DNA of 43,637 bases from Octopus bimaculoides (lineage: Eukaryota): contig NC_068985.1 of the NCBI RefSeq assembly GCF_001194135.2, forward strand, positions 83,309,718 to 83,353,354, in the 5' to 3' direction. Under the pieces are notes generated by a model that did not search any database, was not told the origin of the DNA, and saw only the letters and a program-made list of their open reading frames with translations. A program made the translations under genes and the position numbers. Positions 12,250 through 22,944 of the stretch are shown here, one piece after another. How positions within the stretch are numbered: position 1 is the first letter of the stretch; each line of letters starts with the position of its first letter.

Positions 12250-12375
12250 CAACGGCGTAACTGTATGGTTTAGAAGTTTAGTTCATAACTTGGTGATATA
12301 AAGTTCAGTCCCACTGTCCGGCAAGTTTCTTCTATTGGAGCCCTCAGTTGACCAAAGTTAGTACAGAAGGCCGTG
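12250..12375 (+). mobile_element. Degenerate SINE family A copy
   Basis: Contains gttcagtcccactg...ggcaagtttcttcta...gaccaaag, matching family A. Confidence 0.6.
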
Positions 12376-12429
12376 TGTGTGTGTGTTTGTGTGTGTATCT
12401 CCTTTTCTTGGTATTATGTGTAAGTTCTG

Positions 12430-12541
12430 TGGAGGCACAATGGCCCAGTGGTTAGGGCAGCAGACTCGCGGTCATAGGATCATGGTTTCGATTCCCAGAC
12501 CGGGCGTTGTGAGTGTTTCTTGAGCGAAAGCACCGAAAGCT
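12430..12541 (+). mobile_element. tRNA-derived SINE head (family C)
   Basis: A-box tggcccagtggtt and B-box-like ggtttcgattccc. There is no tRNA acceptor stem. Related heads occur on the minus strand at about 35220-35345 and 41200-41365. Confidence 0.75.
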
Positions 12542-12561
12542 ATTGTTGTTGTTATTATGAT

Positions 12562-12791
12562 TATTATCATTGTTATGTTGGTGAGCTGGCAGAATTGCCA
12601 GCATGCCAGGCAAAATGCTAAGCGGTATTTCGTCTGCTGTTGTGGTCTGAATTCAAATTCTTCCGAAGTTGACTTTGCCTTCCATCCTTTCAGGGTCAAT
12701 AAATTAAGTACCAGTGAAACACTGGGGTCGATATAATTGACTAGTCCCCTCCCATCAAATTTGAGGCCTTGTGCCTCCTAAAGAAAAGATT

Positions 12792-12832
<41 letters not shown>
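12562..12832 (+). mobile_element. tRNA-derived SINE family B with (ATC)n tail
   Basis: A-box tggcagaattg and B-box-like gaattcaaattc. Central gactttgccttccatcctttcagggtcaataaattaagtaccag. Ends ...aagaaaagatt(atc)n. Confidence 0.85.
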
Positions 12833-13251
12833 TATTCAGTTGTCTTATTTTTATCATGTGCTTTCACTGCACTACCGAGTGCAGTTCTGTGTGCCTTGAG
12901 TATGTGCTGTGGTTATTTTATGGTGCTCTTATTTTTACTGTATTGAAAGTGTTTTATATAGTATGTGTGCAGTGCCTAGTAATGCTATTTTCTGTATGTC
13001 ATATATATTTGGTAGTCCTGGTGTTTTTGTTATGTATTTGTCTGAATGTTTTTTTATCATACCTAATGTGCCTACTATGATAGGAATTGTTTCTGTTTTT
13101 AGACTCCACATTCGAGTTACCTCTATTTCCAGGTCTTTGTATTTTGAAAGTTTCTCCGTTTCTTTTAGAGAAACGTTGGTCATTTGTTGGTATTGATACA
13201 TCGATTAGAAAGTATTTATTTTCTTGATGATCTCTAACAATTATATCCGGC

Positions 13252-13253
<2 letters not shown>
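12833..13253 (-). mobile_element. 5'-truncated R4/Dong-clade non-LTR retrotransposon (restriction-like endonuclease domain plus 3' UTR)
   Basis: KPDIIVRDHQENKYFLIDVSIP then (frameshift) NVSLKETEKLSKYKDLEIEVTRMWSLKTETIPIIVGTLG...IQKIALLGTAHIL...*, the PD..D RLE C-terminus of R4/Dong-like elements. Stop at 12935 and a roughly 100-nt 3' UTR. Flanked by (AAT)n upstream and (GAT)n downstream on its sense strand. Confidence 0.88.
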
Positions 13254-13304
<51 letters not shown>

Positions 13305-13306
13305 AT

Positions 13307-13461
13307 GAGTGTCTGTGTGGTAAGTAGCATGCTTACCAACCACATGGGTCTGGGTTCAGTCCCACTGCATGGCACCTTGGGCAAGTGTCTACTACTATAG
13401 CCTTGGGCTGACCAAAGCCTTGTGAGTGGATTTGGTAGATGGAAACTGAAAGAAGCCCATC

Positions 13462-13505
<44 letters not shown>

Positions 13506-13533
13506 ATATGTTTGTGTGCCTGTGTTTGTCCCA
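13307..13533 (+). mobile_element. SINE family A (tRNA head plus CORE-like segment), cut by a gap
   Basis: gtgtggtaagtagc...ggttcagtcccactgcatggcaccttgggcaagtg...gccttgtgagtggatttggtagatggaaactgaaagaagccc(ta)n. Probably the same locus as 13705-14115, duplicated by the assembly. Confidence 0.85.
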
Positions 13534-13649
13534 NNNNNNNNNNNNNNNNNNNNNNNNNNNNNNNNNNNNNNNNNNNNNNNNNNNNNNNNNNNNNNNNNNN
13601 NNNNNNNNNNNNNNNNNNNNNNNNNNNNNNNNNNNNNNNNNNNNNNNNN

Positions 13650-13702
<53 letters not shown>

Positions 13703-13704
13703 AT

Positions 13705-13859
13705 GAGTGTCTGTGTGGTAAGTAGCATGCTTACCAACCACATGGGTCTGGGTTCAGTCCCACTGCATGGCACCTTGGGCAAGTGTCTACTACTATAGCC
13801 TTGGGCTGACCAAAGCCTTGTGAGTGGATTTGGTAGATGGAAACTGAAAGAAGCCCATC

Positions 13860-13903
<44 letters not shown>

Positions 13904-14112
13904 ATATGTTTGTGTGCCTGTGTTTGTCCCACCAACATCACTTGACAACTGATGGTGTGGTGTGTTTATGTCCCCATAACTTAGTGGTTCGGTAAAAGAG
14001 ACTGATAGAGTAAGTACTAGGCTTACAAAGAGTAAGTCCTAGGGTTGATTTGCTCGACTAAAGGTGGTGCTGCAGCATGGCTGCAGTCAAATGACTGAAA
14101 CAAGTAAAAGAG

Positions 14113-14115
<3 letters not shown>
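13705..14115 (+). mobile_element. Full-length SINE family A copy with internal (TA)n(TG)n
   Basis: Complete head, ccttgggcaagtg CORE-like motif, internal microsatellite, and 3' part ending ...gcagtcaaatgactgaaacaagtaaaagag; followed by (ATT)n. It resembles the octopus tRNA-derived CORE-type SINEs as I recall them. Confidence 0.9.
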
Positions 14116-14168
<53 letters not shown>

Positions 14169-16304
14169 GACGATGANNNNNNNNNNNNNNNNNNNNNNNN
14201 NNNNNNNNNNNNNNNNNNNNNNNNNNNNNNNNNNNNNNNNNNNNNNNNNNNNNNNNNNNNNNNNNNNNNNNNNNNNNNNNNNNNNNNNNNNNNNNNNNNN
14301 NNNNNNNNNNNNNNNNNNNNNNNNNNNNNNNNNNNNNNNNNNNNNNNNNNNNNNNNNNNNNNNNNNNNNNNNNNNNNNNNNNNNNNNNNNNNNNNNNNNN
14401 NNNNNNNNNNNNNNNNNNNNNNNNNNNNNNNNNNNNNNNNNNNNNNNNNNNNNNNNNNNNNNNNNNNNNNNNNNNNNNNNNNNNNNNNNNNNNNNNNNNN
14501 NNNNNNNNNNNNNNNNNNNNNNNNNNNNNNNNNNNNNNNNNNNNNNNNNNNNNNNNNNNNNNNNNNNNNNNNNNNNNNNNNNNNNNNNNNNNNNNNNNNN
14601 NNNNNNNNNNNNNNNNNNNNNNNNNNNNNNNNNNNNNNNNNNNNNNNNNNNNNNNNNNNNNNNNNNNNNNNNNNNNNNNNNNNNNNNNNNNNNNNNNNNN
14701 NNNNNNNNNNNNNNNNNNNNNNNNNNNNNNNNNNNNNNNNNNNNNNNNNNNNNNNNNNNNNNNNNNNNNNNNNNNNNNNNNNNNNNNNNNNNNNNNNNNN
14801 NNNNNNNNNNNNNNNNNNNNNNNNNNNNNNNNNNNNNNNNNNNNNNNNNNNNNNNNNNNNNNNNNNNNNNNNNNNNNNNNNNNNNNNNNNNNNNNNNNTA
14901 TATATATAATTTTGTTTCCTATATTTATTTTATAAATATTTCAATACTTTTGTTTCATTATTGACAAAGGCAAATGTAGCCACAATTATTTATCGTTATT
15001 TCAAGACTACTGATATCAGAAATGGGGAGTTGGATGTGAAGGGAGAAATAAAGGAGGTAGATTTTAATGACAAGAAAACAAGATTTATTACTTTTAATTC
15101 TTTACTTTTTACTTCTATATTCTTTACTCTTTCATTTTTGCATTATTTTTTCTTTTTACTTTTCCTTTGGATATTTGTCTTTTTTTTTAGTTTTTGTTTT
15201 GCATTTGTTTGCTTTATTATGTTTCTTATTTTGGCAGGTAATTTTTTTCTTTTTTTGCATTTTCTTCCTCTGTTTTTTTTTTCTCTATTTTTTCAATTTT
15301 TTGCATTTTCACTTAGATTCCTATTGTTTATTTATTGTCTCTCTCTCTCTCTTCGTTTTTTTAATGTTATATCTTTGGGTTTTTTGGTGTGTTATTTCTT
15401 AATGATTTTGTGTCTTTCTCTATATGTGTAAATGTGGGAGGCATTTTCTTTTTGTTGTTATTGTTGTTGCCATTAGAATCCAGTTTAATTATGTGCCTTA
15501 TCAAAATATGAGCAATGAGTATATCTTGTACTACAACAACACTCCACCAACAACAACAACAATAAAAACAAAACTCTCACCACCACCATTACTATCAACA
15601 CTGCCACCATTAACAATTCTACTCTCTACACCTCCTCCTGTCATCTCTTCCCACCACCGTCACCACTTTGTTAACACAAAGTGACTTACTGGCTATTATA
15701 CCAAATAAAATAAAGCAGAAGTGATTTCCATAGAATAAGTTAACTCTGCTTGCATTTTGTTATTGTTGTAGCTCAACAGTAATACTGATGTTCATTGATG
15801 ATGATGTTGTTGTTACCGTTATTGTCGTCGTTGTTATTGTTGTTGTTGAGGATGGTGGTGAAGTTGTAGTTATTTTCCCCCTACACTTGACCGGTTACTG
15901 TTATTGTTGTTGTTGTTATAAATGCTGTTCTTATATATTTATCTAATTAATGGGAATTTTTTAAGATTATGATATCTTGTGATACCACTTCCACCATCAC
16001 CGTCACTGTAACTGCAATCACCAGAAATATAAACAGCAGTAACAACAAAAACAACAACAACAGCAACGAATGTACTACTTCCAACTGTTACCACTGCCCA
16101 ACAACAAGAACAATACTAAGTCCAGCATCACAACATTGAATGCTATTTAAATTTTCAGGGCTTTTTTTTCCTGCATGTATATATGTGTGAGTGCTATTTA
16201 TGTATGTAAATGCATATATGTATGTATATATGTACATATTGTATATGTGTATGCGTGTGTGTGTATATGTATATGTATGTGTACATATGTCTGCATGATG
16301 CTGA

Positions 16305-16360
<56 letters not shown>

Positions 16361-16939
16361 ATATATATATATATTTATATGTGTGTGTGTATATATATAT
16401 ATATTTATATGTGTGTGTGTATGTATATATATATGTATATATATACATGTATGTATATTTATATATATTAGTATATATATATATATATATATATTAATAT
16501 ATACTATATATACATATGTTTGTATAAATATGTACATACATACATATACATATATACACTTACATATATATATTAATTTATATATATGTATGTGTATATA
16601 TGTATATGTATGTATGTACATATTTATATATATATATACACACACACACATTTATGCCCACACACATATATGCACATACATGCATATATGTATGCATGAG
16701 TGTGTGTATGCATGTATAATTATGCATGTATAATATATTATTATAAATAGTGGTGTTTGCTAGTTTGTTATTTTATTTCATTATTAATTTTATTTTATTT
16801 ATTTTATTCTTTATATTTTTTGTCTTCTTTAAAATTTGGATTCTGATTTTCCTCTTCTTTTCTTGTATGCAACAATATCAAAAACAAACAATAACAACAA
16901 CATAATAATAGTTATAATCATGATATAGACATAATTCCA

Positions 16940-17065
16940 GCTGTGTGGTAAAAAAAGCTCTCTTCCTAACCAAGTGATTTTGGGTTCAGTCCCACTGCGT
17001 GGCACATAGGGCAAGTGTCTTCTACTATAGTTCCATTGGATTTGGTAGACAGAAATAGAAAGTGT
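16940..17065 (+). mobile_element. SINE family A, 5' part
   Basis: ctgtgtggtaaaaaagc...gggttcagtcccactgcgtggcac...ggcaagtgtcttctactatag...ggatttggtagacagaaa. Confidence 0.8.
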
Positions 17066-17230
17066 GTGTTTGTGTGTGTATGTGTCCCCTTGTCATTATG
17101 CGATATTTGTAAATAATTACTAACATCATAAAACCAGCATCATTTGTTTCTCATCCTTGGTCAAAATATGTCTGTCAATGCAGAAACATTGTCTTGCTCA
17201 GAAACAACAAATTCTGTCTGGTCTACGTGC

Positions 17231-17790
17231 AGGCATGGCTGTGTGGTAAAAAGCTTGCTTCTCAACCGCATGGTTCTAGGTTCAGTCCCACAGTGTCTTC
17301 TACTATAGCCTTGGGCCGACCAATGCCTTGTGAATGGATTTGGTAGAAGGAAACTGAAAGAAGCCCATCGTATCGTATGTATATGTGTGTGTGTGTGGGT
17401 GTGTGTGCATTGAGAAAAAGAAGGCAGTAAGAATTTTGGATAATTCTTTATTACTGTTTTCTTTCATTAACTGAACTCTTCAAGACAAAAATTAAAGCCA
17501 AAATGATACATACCAATATACAATATCTGTACACCATTTCACATACTCTATAGATTATATATATATATATGTATGTATATTTATGTGTGTGTGTATGTCT
17601 GTGTCTGCCCCCACCACTACCACCAACACCATTTGGCAATCAATATTAATGCGTTTATGTCCTCGTAATTCAGTGGTTCAGTAAAAAAAAAACTTACAAT
17701 CAACAAATCCTGGGGTTGATTTCTTCGACTAAAACCCTTCTAGGTGGTGCTCCAGCATGGCTGCAATCAAATGATTGAAACAAGAAGAAC
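17231..17790 (+). mobile_element. SINE family A with expanded internal low-complexity region
   Basis: 5' half at 17231-17385. 3' half (ggggttgatttcttcgact...gtgctccagcatggctgcaatcaaatgattgaaac) at about 17640-17790. Confidence 0.8.
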
Positions 17791-17869
17791 AATAAAAGTA
17801 TCTATGGAAAAATGGACATTAAAAACATGATGAGGATGATGATTATTTCTAGCATGATAATTTCTGCTA

Positions 17870-17911
<42 letters not shown>

Positions 17912-17914
<3 letters not shown>

Positions 17915-18103
17915 CCTTTCTATTATAAGCACAAGGCCTGAAACTTAGGGGAGGGGGATAGTCAATTACATCGATCCCAGTACTCAACTGGTACTTAATT
18001 TATCGACCCTGAAAGGATGAAAGATAAAGTTGACCTTGACACAATTTGAACTCAGAACATAGCAATGGGTGAAATACCACTAAGCAATTTTGCCAGCTCA
18101 CCA

Positions 18104-18152
<49 letters not shown>

Positions 18153-18842
18153 GATGATGATACTTTCTACTATAGGCACAACACCTGAAATCTGAGGTGA
18201 GGGGGGTTAGTCGATTACATTGCCCCCAGTGTTTAACTGGTATTTATTTTATTAACTCCATGAGGATAAAATGTAAGTCAACCCCAGCAACATTTGAACT
18301 CACAATGTACCGAGAGTCAAAATGCTGCTAAGAATTTTACTCAGTGTGCTTAAAATCCTTCCTACCAGCTCACCAACTTAATAATGATGATGATGATGAT
18401 GATTTCAAATTTTGGCTCTGGGCCAGCAGTTTTTTAGGGAAGGTGAGAGTTGATTACATTGACCCCAGTGCTTGACTGGTACTTACTTTAACAACCCCAA
18501 AAGGATGAAAGGCAAGGTCAACTCCAGCAGAATTTGAACTCAGGAACATAAAGACAAACAAAACGGTGCTAATTACAATGTCTGGCTTGTTAACATTTTT
18601 GCCATCTTTCCACCTTGGTAATAGTAATCCTTTCTGCTTTAGGCGCAGTTTTGTGGCCAGGGACTAGTTGATTATGTCAACACCACTGTGCTCAACTGGT
18701 ACTTATTTTATCGAGCCCCAAAGGGATGAAAGGCAAAGTTGACCTTAACAGAATCTGAACTCAGAATACTAAAGAGCCAAAAGAAATTCTGCTTAGCACC
18801 TTTTCTGCCCTAGTAATAATAACAATAATAATAATAATAATA

Positions 18843-18896
<54 letters not shown>

Positions 18897-19720
18897 CATC
18901 ATAATATTAGTTTCAAATTTTGGCATAAGGCCAGTAATTTCAAGGGAAGAGGTAAGTCGATTATATCAACCCCAGTGTTTCACTGGTACTTAATTTATCA
19001 ACCCCGAAAGGATGATGAAAGGCAAAGTTGATCTCAGCAGAATTTGAACTAAAAACATAGCGATGGGTAAAATATTTTGCCCAGCGTGCTAACTATTCTG
19101 CCAGCTCACAGCCTTAGTAATAATAATGATAATAATAATCCTTTCTACTAAAGGCACAAGGTCTGAAAATTTGGGGGAGGGGACTGGTCGATTATATTGA
19201 CCCTAGTAATTATCTGGTACTTATTTTAATGACCCCCCAAAATGATGAAAGGCAAAGTTGACCTTGGTGGAATTTGAGCTCAGAACGAAATGCTGCTAAG
19301 CATTTTGCCTGGCATGCTAACTATTCTGTCAGCTTGCTGACTTTATAATAATAATAGTAATAATAATCCTTTCTACTAAAGGCACAAGACCTGAAATTTA
19401 GTGGGAGAAGGCTACTCGATTACATCATCCCCAGTGCATAACCGGAACTTATTTCATTGACCCTAAAAGGATGAAAGGCAGAGTCAACCTCAACAGAATT
19501 TGTAATCCTTTCTACTATAGGCACAAGACCTGAAGTTTTGGGGGAGGGGACCAGTCGATTACATCGACACTAGTACATGACTGATACTTATTTTATCGAC
19601 CCCGAAAGGATGAAAGGCAAGGTCGACCTCAGCAGAATTTGAACTAAAAATGTAGTGACGGGAGAAATACCGCTACGCATTTTGCCCAGCATGCTAATGA
19701 TTCTACCAGCTCATTGCCTT
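17912..19720 (-). mobile_element. Head-to-tail array of 8 divergent SINE family B copies separated by (AAT/GAT)n
   Basis: Approximate units: 17912-18107, 18161-18379, 18401-18617, 18624-18812, 18908-19115, 19137-19343, 19365-19502 (truncated), 19503-19720. Each carries ggatgaaaggcaaagttgacc...gaatttgaactca (reverse-complement B-box). Confidence 0.92.
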
Positions 19721-19949
19721 AAAAATAATAATGATAATAATAATAATGATAATGATAAAACAAATAGAATTATTTTTTTATAAGTTATGGAAAAAGAAAA
19801 CAAAATAGCAAATTAAGTAAAATTGTTGCCTCATTTTGAAATAACAGTAATTGATTGACAAATTGACTAAACAAGCTTTTTATTCTGTTAGTTAGGTTGT
19901 TACATTTTATTGCATTATTGCACTTGTGTACTTAGCAGTGTCTTTATAT

Positions 19950-20199
19950 ATTGTACTCACTCACTTTCTCTCTTTCTGTTTTACTTAGTCTCTTTCTTTC
20001 TTCTTTGTTTTTTTTTTGTCCATTCATTCATGCACCATTTCTCTCAATCTTTCTTTTTGTTTCCCTGTCTTTGTTTCTTCTTAGTTCTTTAACTCACTCT
20101 CTTTCTCTCTCTCTCTCTCTCTCAATTGCTTACAGTGATTGCCTTTCTCTCTCTCTCTCTCTCTCTCAGTTGCTTACAGTAACTGCCTTTCTCTTTTTT

Positions 20200-20231
<32 letters not shown>

Positions 20232-21397
20232 TCAGTTGCTTACAGTGACTGCCTTCCTCTCTCTTCTTTCTCTTTCTTTTCAGTCTCTTCTCGTTCTCAT
20301 CTCTCTTTTCACTCCTTTTTTCCGTTCTCTTCCCTCTTCTCAGTTTCTTTTTAACATCTTTCTCTTCCTTTTCCTTCTCTCGCTATTTCTCTCTTCACTA
20401 CTCTTTTTCCTTCTCCCCTCCCTTCTATTTTGCTTCCTTCCCTTTCTCTTCTCTCTCTTTTCTATTCTTTTTCTCCTTTTCCTTTTCTTCCTCTTGTTCC
20501 TTTCTCTTCTCTTGCTCTTCTCTCTTTTCTCTCTGTTTTCTCTCCTCTTTCTCTTCTCACTTTTTTCTTCTTTTTCACTTTCTCTTTTCCTTTTTAATTT
20601 CTTTACTTTCTCTTCTCTTCTCTTCTTTCTGTTTCTCTTACTTTCACTTTCACTATCCATTTCAATTTTTTTCCTTTACTCTCTCTCTCTCACTTTCTAC
20701 CTTCATTAATTTTTTGCTTTAATTTTGTGCCCACCTGATCTGTGTCACTATTTTACTCTATCTTAATTTCTTTTACTCCTCTCTCCCCCTCTCTTTGCTC
20801 TATTTACTCTTTCTCTCTTTACTCATTCTCTTCTTTTCTCACAATCAACCAGCCTTTATCACTCTCATTTTCCTCTTTTGCTTGTTCTTTTCAACTCTGT
20901 TGGCTCTTGTTTTCTCTCTCTCACTCTCTCTCACACACACATACTCTCACTCTCTCTTTCAGGCTCTCTTTCTCTCGCTCTCTCTCTCTTTCCCTCTCTC
21001 TCTCTCTCCCTTATTTTCTCTCAATGTTTGACTCTTTCTGTTTTTTTCTCTCTCTCACTCCCTTTATCTCTGTTTTTATAACAGCTTTCTTTCACAAACA
21101 TTTTCTCTTTCACTCTTCATTCCCCTCTCTCAATCTCCCTCATTTCACCATTCTCACTTATGCTCTCTCCCTCTTTGCTTCCTCTCTGCTTTTTCAGATT
21201 TGTCTTTCACTGTTTTACTTCACCATACCTTTTTCTTTCTTTCTTATTCTCTTTCTTCATCTTCTTCTCACTACTTCTCTTAGTATTCATCCCTTCTTTC
21301 AATTACTTTCTCTTCTTCCTTCTCACTTCCACACAAACACTTAAACACTTACTCCCTCATCGTCCACTTCTCTCTTTCTCTCTCTCCCTCTCCTCAG
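19950..21397. repeat. About 1.45-kb C/T-rich low-complexity tract containing three copies of a 22-bp motif
   Basis: Near-pure polypyrimidine on the + strand. cagttgcttacagtgactgcct variants occur at about 20123, 20167 and 20233, separated by (CT)n. Confidence 0.95.
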
Positions 21398-21914
21398 TAA
21401 AATGACATTGATTAGACATCAAATGTCCAAAAGGTAACAGGGGAAAAGAGGAGGAACTTAAAACAATATATTTGTTGATTTGTGTAACTGTATGCATTTG
21501 TGTTTGCCTCTGTACATTTATGTGTATTTGTGTGTGAGAGAGAGAGTGAGATAAATGGATTAATATGAATGCAATTGAAAAAAAAAAACAGTGTTCAATA
21601 TTATAATTAGGGTGATTTGTAATTTATTAGAAGCTGAAACGTCACAAAGCATTTCACTAAGTTGCCGATCTTCAAATGCTTATTGGAAAATGGAACAAAT
21701 TTTTTGAATGTATATTTAAGATCTTTTAATACATTGTCCTATACTCATTGGCTGACAGTTTGTACTAGAAAATGAATGCATATTTTTTTTTTAAATATGT
21801 AAATATCTCTTGTTTTGCACTGACATTGTAAGAACAGTCAATACAAAAATGTATTATAATTATAAAAGCAGCAAACAAAAATTTAAATAGAAATATAAAT
21901 GTGAAATTTATTCA

Positions 21915-22080
21915 GGCACAGGTGTGGCTGTGTAGAAAGAAGCTTGTTTCCCAATCATATGGTTCTGGGTTCAATCCCAGTGAGGGGCACCATATACAAA
22001 TGCCTTCTATTGTAGCCTCAAGCTGACCAATGCCTTGTGAGTGGATTTAGTAGACAGACATTGAAATAAGTTTCTTGTGT
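21915..22080 (+). mobile_element. SINE family A, 5' part
   Basis: caggtgtggctgtgtagaaagaagc...gggttcaatcccag...gccttgtgagtggatttagtagacag. Confidence 0.8.
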
Positions 22081-22084
22081 GTGT

Positions 22085-22323
22085 GCCTCACCGAGGCGAT
22101 GACTACTGACCGAGACCTTTGGAAATGTGCTGTGCGTGAGGAGACCCGGCAAGCCAAGTGAGATCATTGCCAGTGCCCCTGGACTGGCTCTTGTGCGGGT
22201 GGCACATAAGATGTACCATCCTGAGCGTGACCGTTGCCAGTACCACCTGACTGACCTTGTAGGGTTTTCAAGCGAGATCGTTGCCAGTGCCCCTGGACTG
22301 GCTCTTGTGCGAGTGGCACATAA
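22085..22323 (+). mobile_element. RTE-clade LINE: end of ORF and start of 3' UTR
   Basis: LTEAMTTDRDLWKCAVREETRQAK* is an RTE-type C-terminus. The 3' UTR has a duplicated roughly 55-bp module (gagatc.ttgccagtgcccctggactggctcttgtgcg.gtggcacataa) and runs into a gap. Confidence 0.75.
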
Positions 22324-22514
22324 NNNNNNNNNNNNNNNNNNNNNNNNNNNNNNNNNNNNNNNNNNNNNNNNNNNNNNNNNNNNNNNNNNNNNNNNNNNNN
22401 NNNNNNNNNNNNNNNNNNNNNNNNNNNNNNNNNNNNNNNNNNNNNNNNNNNNNNNNNNNNNNNNNNNNNNNNNNNATATATATATATATATATATATATA
22501 TACATTACAAACAC

Positions 22515-22556
<42 letters not shown>

Positions 22557-22771
22557 TGTCTGTAAAAAACATAAATCCAAAAGAAGAAGCACACTCTAAG
22601 ATGTAAAGCAGTATATATTCTATTAAAAATGGGGAAGGCTGGTTTACAGGATAAAAGGTTTAGCTGTATGGCATATGATCAAATCTCAAGACCTGATAGC
22701 CATATGATACACCATAAAGATAAACCCTTTATGGCCTTCCCCATTTGTAATATAATATATTACTATATATA

Positions 22772-22811
<40 letters not shown>

Positions 22812-22854
22812 CGCATATGTNNNNNNNNNNTAATATAATATATTACTATATATA

Positions 22855-22894
<40 letters not shown>

Positions 22895-22944
22895 CGCATA
22901 TGTGTGTGTGTGTGTTATATATGTGTTATGTGTATGTGTGTGTG

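Noticed and set aside
12430-12505. tRNA-like sequence
   Set aside because: It has A and B boxes but no acceptor stem and continues into SINE body sequence. It is a SINE head, not a tRNA gene. The same applies to the other SINE heads.
13252-13931. Apparent 282-bp direct duplication (13252-13533 and 13650-13931)
   Set aside because: The two copies are identical and flank an N gap, so they are almost certainly overlapping contig ends, an assembly artefact.
15006-15056. Possible 51-nt exon TTDIRNGELDVKGEIKE; similar weak candidates at 24936-24952 and 35887-35918
   Set aside because: The splice signals are plausible but the donors are modest and there is no homology support. Such matches are expected by chance in 43 kb.
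17912-19720. CRISPR-like repeat/spacer appearance (also 20120-20260)
   Set aside because: The context is eukaryotic, the units are about 200-bp SINEs or a minisatellite, the spacers are microsatellites rather than unique sequence, and there are no cas genes.
19951-21405. Long L/S/F-rich and K/R/E-rich ORFs
   Set aside because: They are by-products of the polypyrimidine tract, which lacks stop codons for compositional reasons.
22750-22900. About 70-bp tandem duplication
   Set aside because: The copies are identical on either side of a 10-N gap, so this is an assembly artefact.
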